Notes under the pieces: generated by a model | What the model was told of the DNA's origin: nothing | What the model saw: only the letters and a program-made list of their open reading frames with translations | The model's database searches: none | Program-made: the position numbers and the translations under genes | From: Welwitschia mirabilis | Taxonomy: Eukaryota | NCBI GenBank assembly: GCA_051453625.1 | Contig: JBOZIK010000001.1 | Span: 14,681,907 to 14,726,308, forward strand | DNA: 44,402 nt | Reading direction: 5' to 3' | In this document: piece by piece, positions 26,761-39,580 of the stretch | Layout of the letters: each line of letters starts with the position of its first letter | How positions within the stretch are numbered: position 1 is the first letter of the stretch

Positions 26761-27364
26761 NAATACGCTTCTATTCTAACATCCTTGGATATTTTTATAG
26801 TAATATCCCTCCTGCAATAAGGTTATTTCCATGGTCAGCACTTTTTCCGCTTAGCCTTTATGAAGGATAGCAACAAAAAAAACCTGCGTTTTTAAAAGGG
26901 GGGAATGATAGCAAGTATAAAAAAACATAGTCAAAATGCTAATACATAGATGCTAGAATAGATCATTCATTGAAATTCAAATGAAAATACAAAGAGAGGA
27001 ACATTAGAAAATGCATCAGAGAATAAAGCTGACAGTGACACCAAAATAGAATGCAAATAGCGACATTAGAACTAANNNNNNNNNNGGAACATTTGAAAAT
27101 GCATCAAAGAATAAAGCAAACAGTAACATCAAAATAGAATTAGCAAATAGTAACATTATAACTAAATTAGCAAATAGTGATATTAGATCAGAGAACAACA
27201 TAGAATAGTGACAGGGGTTAAAGGATTAGAATGCAAAAAGTAGAACGTGAGGATCAGAACAATACAACAGCATAATTCTAGGACAAATAGAATAACAAAG
27301 GGAAAATAGCATCAGAAAAATGTGGAAGACAAAGCATAAATGCAAGGGTATTTTAGCATTATCA
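26761..27364. mobile_element. LTR fragment of uncertain orientation
   Basis: Ends in ...gcattatca (minus strand TGATAATGCTAAAATA, like an Athila LTR start) with a minus-strand TATA near 26790-26798; alternatively plus-strand PPT aaaaggggggaa (26894-26905) followed by TGATA...TATCA. Retains a few CpGs. Confidence 0.5.
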
Positions 27365-29129
27365 ACACTTTTTTAAGTTCCATTCATCATTTCTTTTCAA
27401 GCCTTTAGAACAATTTATATCTTTTTAATTTTAGAATTGAAATCCATGTAATTTCTCTTTATTTTTCTTACAATGTTATGTGTTTTCATATTTCCAAGTA
27501 GCATAGTAAGATTTTGAACTTCTCATATACTAACTATTTTAGTAATACTATTTATGAATCTTAGAAATCATTAATATAGGATAAAAAAGAGTTATTTATA
27601 ATTTCTTTTTTAAGGGTAATAGATCTCAAATCTAATCCTTCATAATCTAATTTCTAATAATTTGATTTCTTCTTATTAGTTTCAATACCATAATATATTT
27701 GTGAGGTATCTTCAAAAATTCTTGGAATTTGAAAATAGGTAATTTTCATTGAGTTGGCATGTTGATTAGCATTTAAAATGTCTAGAGGAAACATCTCTTT
27801 CTTGAAATCCTAGAATGAAATATAATAAATTTTTTTATCAAGTTATTTTTTTCATTTTTCTTAGTTTTGTATATTTCAATGTGTTTTATACATATAATTA
27901 AGAGATCATCAATGATGTTTCATATGTAGTAAGTATGAGAATTATCATTCATTAGTTAATCCAAAATATANNNNNNNNNNNNNNNNNNNNNNNNNNNNNN
28001 NNNNNNNNNNNNNNNNNNNNNNNNNNNNNNNNNNNNNNNNNNNNNNNNNNNNNNNNNNNNNNNNNNNNNNTATATATTTCAATGTGTTTTATACAAATAT
28101 TTACGAGATCATCAATGATGTTTCATATGTAGTAAGTATGGGAATTATCATTCATTAGTTAATCCAAAATATACACAAACTTTGAAATTTTTCTATTCTT
28201 TATATTCATTAAAAACTTCAATTTTATGTTTTATAAGTTACATGACTATTATATACACATGATTTTTCTTCAACCTCGATGATTTCATCTCAAGGTTACA
28301 CTCTTAAGATTTTTGTCAATTTTAATTTTCAAATTGATACTNNNNNNNNNNNNNNNNNNNNNNNNNNNNNNNNNNNNNNNNNNNNNNNNNNNNNNNNNNN
28401 NNNNNNNNNNNNNNNNNNNNNNNNNNNNNNNNNNNNNNNNNNNNNNNNNNNNNNNNNNNNNNNNNNNNNNNNNNNNNNNNNNNNNNNNNNNNNNNNNNNN
28501 NNNNNNNNNNNNNNNNNNNNNNNNNNNNNNNNNNNNNNNNNNNNNNNNNNNNNNNNNNNNNNNNNNNNNNNNNNNNNNNNNNNNNNNNNNNNNNNNNNNN
28601 NNNNNNNNNNNNNNNNNNNNNNNNNNNNNNNNNNNGTTAACCCAGAGGAAAAAGCTTGCATTTCTGAAGATGAGTACAAGATGCTCATCCAATAACATCA
28701 TTCAACTTTCATCCCTCATCAACTTTGTATTATAAATGATTATAGGAGTTATTGAGAAAACTAATACTATTAGACAACAAAAAATAGTATTGTTAGACAA
28801 TGAAAACAGGGTACTCCTTGAGGATCCTTTTTCCAAAAAAATGAGAAAAATGAAGAATTTGTAAATGAATGGGATCATAACCAAAAACCCAAGACATCAC
28901 ATAAACTTGAATTAAAAATCCCAAAAAAGAACTACTATGGTAATAGCTTATTTGAGTATGTAATGAATAATGAAAAACCACTAAAAACAACCTAGGAAAG
29001 ATAAATCTTAAATTTAGTTAACCGAATTCAACATGCTTTGGGAGGATATCAATGATATTAAAGGAGGCCTTTTTAAAAAAAGAATAATTACCTTGTTACA
29101 TACTTTTATGACATCCCAATCCATTCTTC

Positions 29130-30290
29130 TATCCCTAGTAAGATAATTTCACCTATTGAAATGATTGACTTCAAAAAATTTACAGGTGTTGAAGATCCTG
29201 TTATCCATGTTAGGAACTTCAAACACTCTTGTTACATGTATAACATAGAATGAAATACTACATATCACCTATTTTCTCAATCTCTTATATTATAAGCTCT
29301 TGAATGGTAGCATTGCTTGCCAACTCACTCTATCACAAGTTTGAAATAACTATTTGAAATGTTTGTACAACATTATTTAATCAGCATTACAAAGTAAATG
29401 GCTTTAGACTCATTAATAAAATGAGATAATAATTCAACAAAACCATTAAGACTATGCATGACGATAGAGAGTTATTACCTTATAGTTAGAAACTCCCATC
29501 GTAGACTCTCATATGACATATCTCTTTGCCAAGTCATTCATTCCATCATTTGAAACATTTGAGTAAGCTATTACATTGGTGAAAATAATCAAAGTCGTAG
29601 GTAGAGAAAAAGGCACCATTAAATATGGTAGTACCTCACAAGCTAAATTAACAAGAAAAGAGAACAACAATAATAACAAAGTAAACAATCCAAAGAATGT
29701 TGTAGTAGTTGATCAAACTTCCCAACTAACTCATACTTCTCAATCAATCTATCCACCTCAACCAATGAATAGTCTAATTATATAATGAATACAACTTCAA
29801 CCTTCTTTTTCTTCACATGTCTTTTCATTTTAACTAGTTATAGGACAACCTTATTACTCACTCCTCAACAACTAGAAAACTTCCAATAAGCACAACCACC
29901 TCAACAATAATAACAACCTCAATAATGAACCTGTGCCACTCAAAATCAAGATCAAAATCAGTCTTAAAACTAAAATCCAATTCCAAGACCTAAGAAAAAC
30001 TTCACTAGATTAGACATACCATTAATGAATACCCTTTCCATTCCACTATAAAAGAGGATAATATAACTACCTCTAATTAGGAAAAAGGACCAAATGCATC
30101 AAAATCTAAAAGTTATGATGATTCAAACTATTGTGAATATCACAGGATTAAGGGACATCACACTAAAAACTATTTTAATTTGTAACATATCATTTAAGAT
30201 ATCATTAAAAATAAAAGAGACATTAACTTTGATATAATCCTTGTAACTAAAAATGAATAGCTAGAAATTTATAAGAATCCTTTTCCAACA
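29130..30290 (+). pseudogene. Ogre/Tat gag, degenerate
   Basis: IEMIDFKKFTGVEDPVIHVRNF...HLFSQSLIL*ALEW*HCLPTHSITSLK*LFEMFVQHY (cf. F.MPDFEKYDGT.DP..HL...LFQ.SLTG.A..W...L...SI..W..L...F..QY); YDDSNYCEYHRIKGHHTKNYFNL*HII*DII (cf. YD....CEYH....GH..E.C..LKH.IQDLI); IYKNPFP. Confidence 0.8.
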
Positions 30291-30729
30291 CAAGCTTTCA
30301 CATCACAAACACCACAAAATGTGATGGTTTAAGATGATAATTCCCCTTTTGCAATTTGGATAATCCAAATATAGTTGATAAAATCTTTATAATAAATCAT
30401 TTAAGAAAACAAACAAAATATATAATAATTAGTCTAAATGAAATATGCATAAACTCAACCTACTCCTTGACCAAACATTCAGTCATAATTGCATGCCTCT
30501 AAAGTAGAGAAAGCATATTACTATCTCTCTTCATTGATTGAAAACTTTAAATCCCATAAGCAAGCCTTTTAAAAACTATGTAAAGGATTATTAATATCAA
30601 AAACACCTTAAAAACAAGAACCTACTTCAAACCAAGCAGATATTTAGAAAAATGATGAAGATCATAAAGTCATCAAATTTCAATCTGATGAAATTTTATC
30701 TACCTCTTAACAGACTATCATTACTTAAC

Positions 30730-31120
30730 CATCTTATATTTTAGTAAATATAGGATTTACTAAACTAGATAGAGACTTTATTAATTGTGGAACTAAATTG
30801 AATGTTATTAAATTATCGTGTTTAAATAAGCTCAACTTGTAACATCTATTAGATTTAAGTAAGAATGTAACTATTTGAAGTCTCAATGATCGTGAATACA
30901 AATCCAAGGAAATAGTTACCTTACTAGTTGAGGTGACTACAAGAGTAAAAGATATAGAATTCCATGTGATTAACAACACTTTAGTGTTTAATTTACTTAT
31001 AGATCATCCTTGGGTCATGGATACAGAGGTAATTATATCATTACCCCATCAAAAAATCAATTGTATTGGATCAAAGATCTTAGTGCCACTAGAAGGAAAT
31101 TACATAGTGATTAATGTTAA
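30730..31120 (+). pseudogene. Ogre/Tat aspartic protease, degenerate
   Basis: RDFINCGTKLNVI (cf. RVLIDNGSALNV) and FHVINNTLVFNLLIDHPWVMDTEVIISLPHQKI (cf. FQV.DI...YNLLLGRPWIH..GAVPSTLHQK). Confidence 0.8.
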
Positions 31121-31849
31121 AGCACGATCTTAAGCATCTTCCTCATCATTACCTCAAATTTTAGAAAATTAAATCATTATAGTTCTATAGTTTGAAAATG
31201 ATCCTGTAGTTTCCCATTAACTAAAGATTACATAAATCCCTAATGCACAACTCTTGAATTTAGGATGGATTTCATTCCTTCTTGATGATTTTTCTATTAC
31301 TTCATAATCATTTTCTTCCACACNNNNNNNNNNNNNNNNNNNNNNNNNNNNNNNNNNNNNNNNNNNNNNNNNNNNNNNNNNNNNNNNNNNNNNNNNNNNN
31401 NNNNNNNNNNNNNNNNNNNNNNNTTCTATTACTTCATAATCATTTTCTTCCACACTATATCTCTAAAAAAAAGGAAAAGGGGAGGAGGTGGGGAGGGGGG
31501 GGGGAGTGGGAAAGAAGAAACATACATTTTCAACATTTCATCTTTTTAAACTCTTTATTTATGAATAGCCAACTTATATTTCTTTTATTTGTCTTCATTG
31601 GGTGCCAAAATGGAAAGTTAATTGAAGTCACCCTTATGCATTACCTTAGCTGGTGAAATTGTCAAAAGGTATGTCAAGCTCAATTTTAAATAATCCAAAA
31701 CACTAAAGTTTATGAAATAATGAAATCTCAAAAAATGAAATCATTTATAGCAAAATAACAAGATATCAACACATATGATTTTTAAGTAGATCCTAATGAT
31801 TAAGAAAAGTTACTCAAAATTAATCAACATTTATCACAAGTAGTCAAAA

Positions 31850-32695
31850 TAGAAATCGACTTTATGTTATTATCTAATAAATACATATTTTCTTAGCATT
31901 ATAAGGATATGTTAGGCATTGATAAATCAATTGTTATGCATAACATCATTTTGAAACTAAATTCAACCCCAGTGAAATAGAATATTAGAAAAATTAATCC
32001 TTACCTTGCATTGGTAGTAAAAGAAAACTTAGAATGTCTTTTAACTATAGAATTCATTAGATTAAAAGACTATTTAGATTAGTTTTTAAACATGGTAGTT
32101 ATTCCAAAGAAGAATGGTCAAATTAGTATTTGTGTCAATTATGAAGACCTAAATAAGGTAACTTTAAAAGATGATTACCCTTTACCAAACATTGACATTC
32201 TAGTAGATAACATAGCTGGTTATAATCTTTTATCATTCATGGATGGTTATGTAGGTTATAATCAAATATTTATCAATCCTAAAGATCAATACAATACTAC
32301 CTTTATCATGCCCTAGGGATTTTTTCATTATGTTATGTTACTTTTTGGAGTAAAAAATGCTAATTCACAGTGACACACATATTTCGCAACTTGATACATC
32401 ACAATATAGAAGATTATGTTGATGATGTCATAGTAAAATTGAAAATAGTAGATGATCATCCAACTGATTTGAAATAACTTTTCAAGCAAGCAAAATAATA
32501 TATATTATGACTTAATTCAAAGAAGTGTGTTTTCAATTTCTAATCAAAAAAAACTTAGGTTTCATGATTTTAAAATAAGGGATAATATTAAAACAATTAC
32601 CAACATGCTTCCATCACATGATTTAAAATAATTATATAGTTTTTAAGGTAGACTAAAAACCATACATCGATTCATTTTAACCTTGACCAAATGAT
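31850..32695 (+). pseudogene. Ogre/Tat reverse transcriptase, degenerate
   Basis: MVVIPKKNGQISICVNYEDLNKVTLKDDYPLPNIDILVDNIAGYNLLSFMDGYVGYNQI, FGVKNA, and YVDD at 32415-32426. Confidence 0.95.
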
Positions 32696-32976
32696 GTGAA
32701 NNNNNNNNNNNNNNNNNNNNNNNNNNNNNNNNNNNNNNNNNNNNNNNNNNNNNNNNNNNNNNNNNNNNNNNNNNNNNNNNNNNNNNNNNNNNNNNNNNNN
32801 NNNNNNNNNNNNNNNNNNNNNNNNNNNNNNNNNNNNNNNNNNNNNNNNNNNNNNNNNNNNNNNNNNNNNNNNNNNNNNNNNNNNNNNNNNNNNNNNNNNN
32901 NNNNNNNNNNNNNNNNNNNNNNNNNNNNNNNNNNNNNNNNNNNNNNNNNNNNNNNNNNTTCATCTTTACTTCATAG

Positions 32977-34477
32977 TATGAGGATAGAAAACCCTAGAGG
33001 GAAGATGAATAGGTTTTTAAAATATTCAAATAAAATCATAATAAAAACTTATTTGAAATAGATCACTAGAAAACTTATGCATAAACACACAAAGTATTTA
33101 GAAAAATGAAAATAATAGAAAGCATAAAAATACTAATTAGATGCACACAAGTTTTATAGTGATTTGAGAAATTCCCTGCTCCAATTTTGATGATTAGCTT
33201 ATTACCAAATCTAATTTGGATCTCTGTTAACTCTTCTAGGTATTGCAAGTTAATCTATAACCTTTACACAAGGACTTTTGTGGGCTAAGTCTCAATCCTT
33301 TTAAATAGACTTTTCGAAGCTAAGTCTCAACCTTTTTAAATGAACTTTTCTAGGCTAAGTCTTAACCTTTTTAAATGCACTTTTGCAAGCTAAGTCTGAA
33401 CCTTTAGAAGATGTGGTAGTGATGGTAAAATGTCCAACCGCACTGATATCAGTCATTATTTGGCTTAATAATAGTAATGGAGCTCTTCTCCTATAAATGA
33501 TACAAACTACAAATAATGAAGTACAAAGATCTAATCTTATATGTAAAGATACAATAGTTGTTGGCTTGTTCTTGGTTAGAAATGTAATGCCAATATAGTA
33601 TAATCATAAATCATAAGTTTTAATTATTTAGCAAAATTTTCTTTAATGATTTCTCTCTTGGCTATTCATAATGGAAGGATTTTAGAGTTATTACAATTAA
33701 AAAAAATGTTTTTAACAGCTAGAAAATAGCTACATAACAGATATAAAATTTCCATTTCTATCTAGCTGATTAACCCCTCAAATGTTTAGTTAACTCCTCT
33801 TAGTATTGTGACTTAAATTAGTTACCTAAGTGAACTATTCAATTGACCTAGTTTCTTATAGCTTCATGTCCAATCGACCCTTAGGGTCTAGTCAACCACT
33901 CATCTAGTTGCTTGCATATCTATCTGGTCATTTGTTTATTCCTAAGAAAATCCATTCCAATTTTCTGCATTAGGTTCAATCAACTCCTTAAGTATCTANN
34001 NNNNNNNNNNNNNNNNNNNNNNNNNNNNNNNNNNNNNNNNNNNNNNNNNNNNNNNNNNNNNNNNNNNNNNNNNNNNNNNNNNNNNNNNNNNNNNNNNNAA
34101 TTCCAATTTTCTGCATTGGGTTCAATCAACTCCTTAGGTGTCTGGTTGACCCTTTGACGATCAGCTCAAGGATATCAAGTGCATAGTGCTTAGGTCTAGT
34201 TAACCCCTCATAGGTCCAATAGACTCCTTAGATCTCTAGTTAATCCCTTTGATTTATTTTAATTCTAAGAGTTTACTCTAGGTGCAGTCGATCCCTTAGA
34301 AGTTTAGTTGACTCCTCAAGAGGGTAATTGAACTAGATATATTTTAGTAATCAAAATGTAACATTCCTAGCTTTAGCTTCTAACCTACAAGTAATCAATA
34401 TTTTCTGCACAAGATACATAAATTTTGCTTCACAAAAAATACTAGTTTGATATTAATTTATAATAAATAATCTAACA
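32977..34477 (-). repeat. 3' LTR of the Sirevirus
   Basis: Aligns end to end with 41786-43721; begins TGTTAGA on the minus strand directly after the PPT. Confidence 0.9.
33258..33406. repeat. Four-copy 35-bp tandem repeat within the LTR (also ~39927-40073 and ~42067-42213)
   Basis: Unit approx. AACCTTTTTAAATGGACTTTTGTAGGCTAAGTCTC; gctaagtc recurs with a 35-bp period (33319, 33354). Confidence 0.9.
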
Positions 34478-34552
34478 ATCTTCCCCTTTGACATTGATGG
34501 CAAGAATTCCTTAATTGTAAAATATTAAAATTAATAAAGCTCCCCCTCACAA
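34478..34552 (-). other. Polypurine tracts (Sirevirus multi-PPT)
   Basis: Minus strand ttgccatcaatgtcAAAGGGGAAGAT-TG adjoining the LTR, plus an upstream GAGGGGGAG at ~34541-34549. Confidence 0.85.
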
Positions 34553-35094
34553 AATGCCTATCAGTCTTTGGAAAAATCTTAAACCTTTTAATACTAAATG
34601 TAAATATTTTAATAAGATTTAATTTGTGCTAACATTAAAATAATTTAAGGCGCAATTTTAAAGAGTTAAAAAAAATATCAAAATGTTTATGAAAAATAAT
34701 AATTATGAAAAGAAACATTTAAGAAAATGTAAAATGTTTAAAAAAAATAACATTTACGAAAAGCAACATTTTGATTATACAATATTTAATGTTTTGTTCA
34801 TTGGTAATTAAAAGTGAACTATAAATATATAGAATGAACAACATTTTGATCCTAAATATTTAATATATCAAAAATTTTAAGTTCATATAGAAATTAGATT
34901 TGCACTAAAAATTTGAGATACAAATTAGAGAGNNNNNNNNNNNNNNNNNNNNNNNNNNNNNNNNNNNNNNNNNNNNNNNNNNNNNNNNNNNNNNNNNNNN
35001 NNNNNNNNNNNNNNNNNNNNNNNNNNNNNNNNNNNNNNNNNNNNNNNNNNNNNNNNNNNCAAGAAAAAAAAGACATAAACATAAAAGTAAAGAT

Positions 35095-36119
35095 CTAGTT
35101 TGATTCCTCTTCTTCTTTTTCCTCTTCTTCAAACTCCTCTTTTGAATCTTCTTATTCCTCTTTTATCTTCTAATATAAAATTCTAGGTCCCTCTAAAGTG
35201 TCAACAATCTCATACCTAGCTACAATAAGAGCTTCCTTCATGTGTTTGGTATGAGAGTTAATCTACCTCAGGTATGAAAATATCTCTTTTAAAGAGACTT
35301 CCTTGGGAGAAGATGATTTATAGGCCTTCTTTGAAGGGATAAAGATATGCATGTGAGATAATGTTGCATGTCCAATAGATGACATGGGTTGAAGGGTTTT
35401 AAGCTTGGGCTGAAAGGTCACACAATGGTGACAGCACATGTTAGTGANNNNNNNNNNNNNNNNTAAAGTTCTAGTTTGGTGGTACTCCAACTAAGAAACC
35501 ATATTCTTTAGTGTAATGGTAAGGACATCAATGGAGTACTCAATCCCTACCAAATATATTAGATAGGCTCTATAGTTAGAGGTCTCATCACAATAAACAG
35601 ATAAGGCAAAAGTTATAAGTAAAAACTAAGTGAAGAGTGATATTAAGGGGTAAGAAAATAAGTGGAAAGGATATGCTTCTAGCTATGAAACTTATGATAG
35701 ATCTCTCTTGTAACTATTTCCTTATCTTTCATAGAGTCCCAAAGAGGCCAAAGCTCCTCATATTTCCTTTTGGGCATATCAGTGATAGCCACAATAAAGT
35801 TTGCATTGATTTTCATTCTTTTCCCTAAAACTAGGGTCTTAAGATGATCAAAGTCAATATCGTAAGAAGCATTGCAATAGAACATTCTGGTAAAGGAATC
35901 AGTTAAACTTAACACATCAAGAAAATAAGAGAGATTCTGATCTTGCAAGAGGTAGATCACTTCTCTAAGCTCTCTAAGTAACAAATCTCTCCTGATATAT
36001 AGGTTTCTTCTCAAACTTTTTAGAGAACTTTTCTATGGAATCTTTAAATATGAATTGGTNNNNNNNNNNNNNNNNNNNNNNNNTTCCTTTCTTCTTCTTC
36101 TAGAGGGACCTTCATCCAT
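35095..36119 (-). pseudogene. Sirevirus env-like (extra) ORF, degenerate
   Basis: Lies between RNase H tail and PPT; starts MDEGPSRRRRKE, contains FTRMFYCNAS...LVLGKRMKINANFIVAITDM and LHLVFTYNF...YRAYLIYLV, ends in an acidic EEEEKEEEESN*. Confidence 0.7.
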
Positions 36120-36454
36120 TGCAACCTCTTTACAGGAACTTAAAAACATAAGAAATCTAAGAAATGCTCTAGATCTGAAAGAAAAAATAAGTCTAGAACA
36201 CAATAAAAAAGGTTTGGGTGCCTCTTTTTTTTAATAAAGAAGGTCGATTAGGGTGTTTTTAAGAAAGAAATTAGGTTAATTAATAGTACTTCTACATTAT
36301 AACCCTTCAAATCTAGTATATTAGTCATAGTTTTGGTTAACCTATTAAGACATAGGTCTATAATATTGAAATAGGTATAGGTAACTATGTTTTCAAACAA
36401 TTTGACTAACTTATCTAGTCAATCAAATCATAAATCCAGTTAACTATCCTATAA

Positions 36455-37935
36455 TTAGCTAGAGGACGATGAGTTAACCCCTAGTTTTTTTCGGTGATCA
36501 AGAAAAATATTATAATTTTGGGGTTTTATAATAGTATCTGCCAGTTGGTGCTCTATTTTAACAAAATTCAAAGCATTGTTTCCTTTTTTAACTTTGTAGT
36601 TAACATGATTGAATGGTTTATGGTGCAACTTTACATAAGCATTATGAGAAAAATAATATAGGGAAATCAATTAATCTATCGTATAAAAATTGTCTATTAT
36701 TTTTGCTCTAAGGATAATAATGTTTGATTTTACATGTAAAATTTAACATTTAGGATTATAAAAACCTACTTTATAATCTTTATAACATATTTGGCTAATA
36801 CTCAATAAATTATGCTTTAAATTATTAACATATAATACTTTATTAAGCCTTAGTAAATTACCTCCTTGAATGATTCCAATACCTTTTATTTTTTGATTTT
36901 CTCTTGTCACTAAAGGTAATATCTCCTCCATTCAAGTTTTTTAAATGTTTTAACTTTGATTTTTATTCTATTATGTGTTTTAATCATCTACTGTCCAAGT
37001 ACCAGCTACTTTCATTTAAAACTTTAAAAGCTATCTGAGTTAAAAGACTATTAAGATCATTAGCTTTCACCCACTTAGTCTTTTTAGACTTATGTGATAT
37101 ACCTCTTTTTAAAATAAATTTTAAGAAAAAAATAACTAACTAAATTTAAAAATAACATTAAATTTATAGCATTGCAAAAAAGTTTTGAATGTCTTGTCTT
37201 TCTACAAAAATGATAAGTAACTTTAGAAATGAACTTACTTTTCCAAGTTACCTATTTTTTCTAACCTTGTGGATTTTGAGATATGNNNNNNNNNNNNNNN
37301 NNNNNNNNNNNNNNNNNNNNNNNNNNNNNNNNNNNNNNNNNNNNNNNNNNNNNNNNNNNNNNNNNNNNNNNNNNNNNNNNNNNNNCTTTTAGATAATTTG
37401 ACTAACTTATTTAGTTAACCAAATCATAGATCCAGTTAACTACCTTGTAATTAGCTAAAGGATAATGAGTTAACCCCTAGTTTTTTTGGTGATCAAGAAA
37501 AATATCATAATTTTGGGGTTTCATAATAGTATCTGCCAGTTGATGCTCTATTTTAACAAAATTCAAAGCATTGATTCCTTTTTTAACTTTGTAGTTAACA
37601 TGATTAAATGGTTTATGGTGCAACTTTGCATAAGCATTATGAGACAAATAACATGGTGAAATTTAACATTTAGGATTATCAAAAACTACTTTATAATCTT
37701 TGTAACATATTTGGCTGATACTCAATAAATTATGCTTTAAATTATTAATATATAATACTTAATTAATTCTTAGTAAATTACCTCCTTGAATGCTTCTAAT
37801 ACCTTTTATTTTTTGCTTTTCTCTTGTTACTAAAGGTAATATCTCCTCCATTAAAGTTCCTTAAATGTTTTAACTTTGATTTATCTCCTGTTATGTGTTT
37901 TGAGCATTTACTGTCCAAGTACCAGCTACTTTCAT
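36455..37935 (-). pseudogene. Protease, GAG-pre-integrase start and RNase H C-terminus (fused), present in two copies
   Basis: SSWYLDSKCSKHITGDK (~37881-37930), VLYVNNLKHNLLSISQIC, then KLHHKPFNHVNYK joined to VKKGNNALNFVKIEHQLADTIIKP...RKKLGV. Confidence 0.85.
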
Positions 37936-38084
37936 TTGAAACATTAAAAGCTATCTGAGTTAAAAGACTATTAAGATCATTAGCTTTTATCCACTTAGTG
38001 TTTTTAAACTTATGTGATATACCTCTTTTTTAAATAAATTTAAAAAAAATAAATAAACTAAATTTAAAAATAACATTAAATTTT

Positions 38085-39580
38085 TAGCATTGCAAAAAAG
38101 TTTTGAATGTTTTGTCTTTCTACAAAAATCACAACTTTAGAAATGAACTTACTTTTTCAAGTTACCTATTTTTTTTAACCTTGTGTATTTTGAAATACAA
38201 AACCAATACCTGATTTATCACTAGTAGGTTTTCAAACTCTAATAATCTATTCTAATTTAGAAGAATCACTAAAACGTTTATTAATAAAAAAAGATAAATC
38301 TTTTACCTGTAATATGAGATTGGGATTGTTAAATTTGAGCAATTTATATTTTGATTCTATTTCCTCTTTCTCTTTGGTAAGAGAACTTACAACCTTATTT
38401 ATATCATTTATTCTTCTTTCCAACTTTTCACATTCCTCATATAGTTCTTGATAAGTATCTTCTAGCTCATCTTGTTCTTCACCAATTATATCCAAATCAT
38501 CAGGCTCTGATGTGCTAGGTAAGTTCTAGAATGGAGACATAATTACCATGAAAGATAGTATTTTGTCTCTATCTGATTCTTTATCTGAACTACTATCATC
38601 ATCCTCATTTACATTATTCCATATTACAACAAATGAAGAATTCTTTGATTTTTTATGATATCTTTTGATATTTGAGCATTTATTAACCATATGTCTAAAT
38701 CCTTTGTAATAATAGCATTATATTTATTTTCTTTTGTATTGCTCCTTTCTATACTTTGGGTGTTTTTTTTTGTGCTTCTATTTCATTCACCTCCCTTTTT
38801 CCTTCTATGCAAGAATTTCTTAAACCTTTTTGCTAGGAAAGCAACTTCATCATCATCTAGTTCTTCATCTGATGTCTCAAACCTGTATCATTTCTACACA
38901 TACTTCAAGGCAATACCTTTCTTTTTATCTTTAGTAAATTTTAATTCATAAGTTTGCAAATTACTTTGAAGCTCTTCTAATGCCATTGTGTTGATGTTTT
39001 TACTTTCCTTGATTGCTATGACTTTAGTTTCAAATCTTTTTGGAAGAGTTCTTAGTACTTTTTTGATCACTTTTACTTCATTCAAACATTTACTTAGACT
39101 TCCCATGAGGTTGATGATGTCTGTAAGTCTCGTAAAGAACTCTTATAATATTTCCTCCTTATCTATGTGAATATCTTTAAATAATAAGAATTTAAATCTT
39201 AGCTTTTTTTACAATGGATTTTCCTTTATGATTGACTTCAAGAATATCCCATGCCTCCTTTGCATGATTATAATTTATAATATGTTTAAATTCATTATAA
39301 AAACTATACAAAATATAGCATTAAGAGCACAGGCATCTATGGTAACTTTGATTTTATTAGTGGTATTCTATTAATTTTGGGATTTAAGAACCAGAATGTT
39401 ATTATCATTTGTATTAGTTTTTACTAACGTAGAAATAGTATACCCTTTATAAATAACCTCTTTAATATTTACATCTAGGAATCTAAGAAGTATTCTTATT
39501 TTGTCTTTTCAATACACATAATTTGATCCATTGAATAAAGATGGATGACTAGTGGAAAATCTATCAGGGGAATTACTCAT
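38085..39580 (-). pseudogene. Sirevirus gag, copy A
   Basis: KVLRTLPKRFETKVIAIKESK...LEELQSNLQTYE, coiled-coil region, DKSGIGF and second knuckle CDFCRKTKHSKLFC. Confidence 0.85.

Noticed and set aside
33258..33406. CRISPR-like periodic 35-bp repeat
   Set aside because: Units are adjacent with no unique spacers, lie inside a plant LTR, and there are no cas genes.
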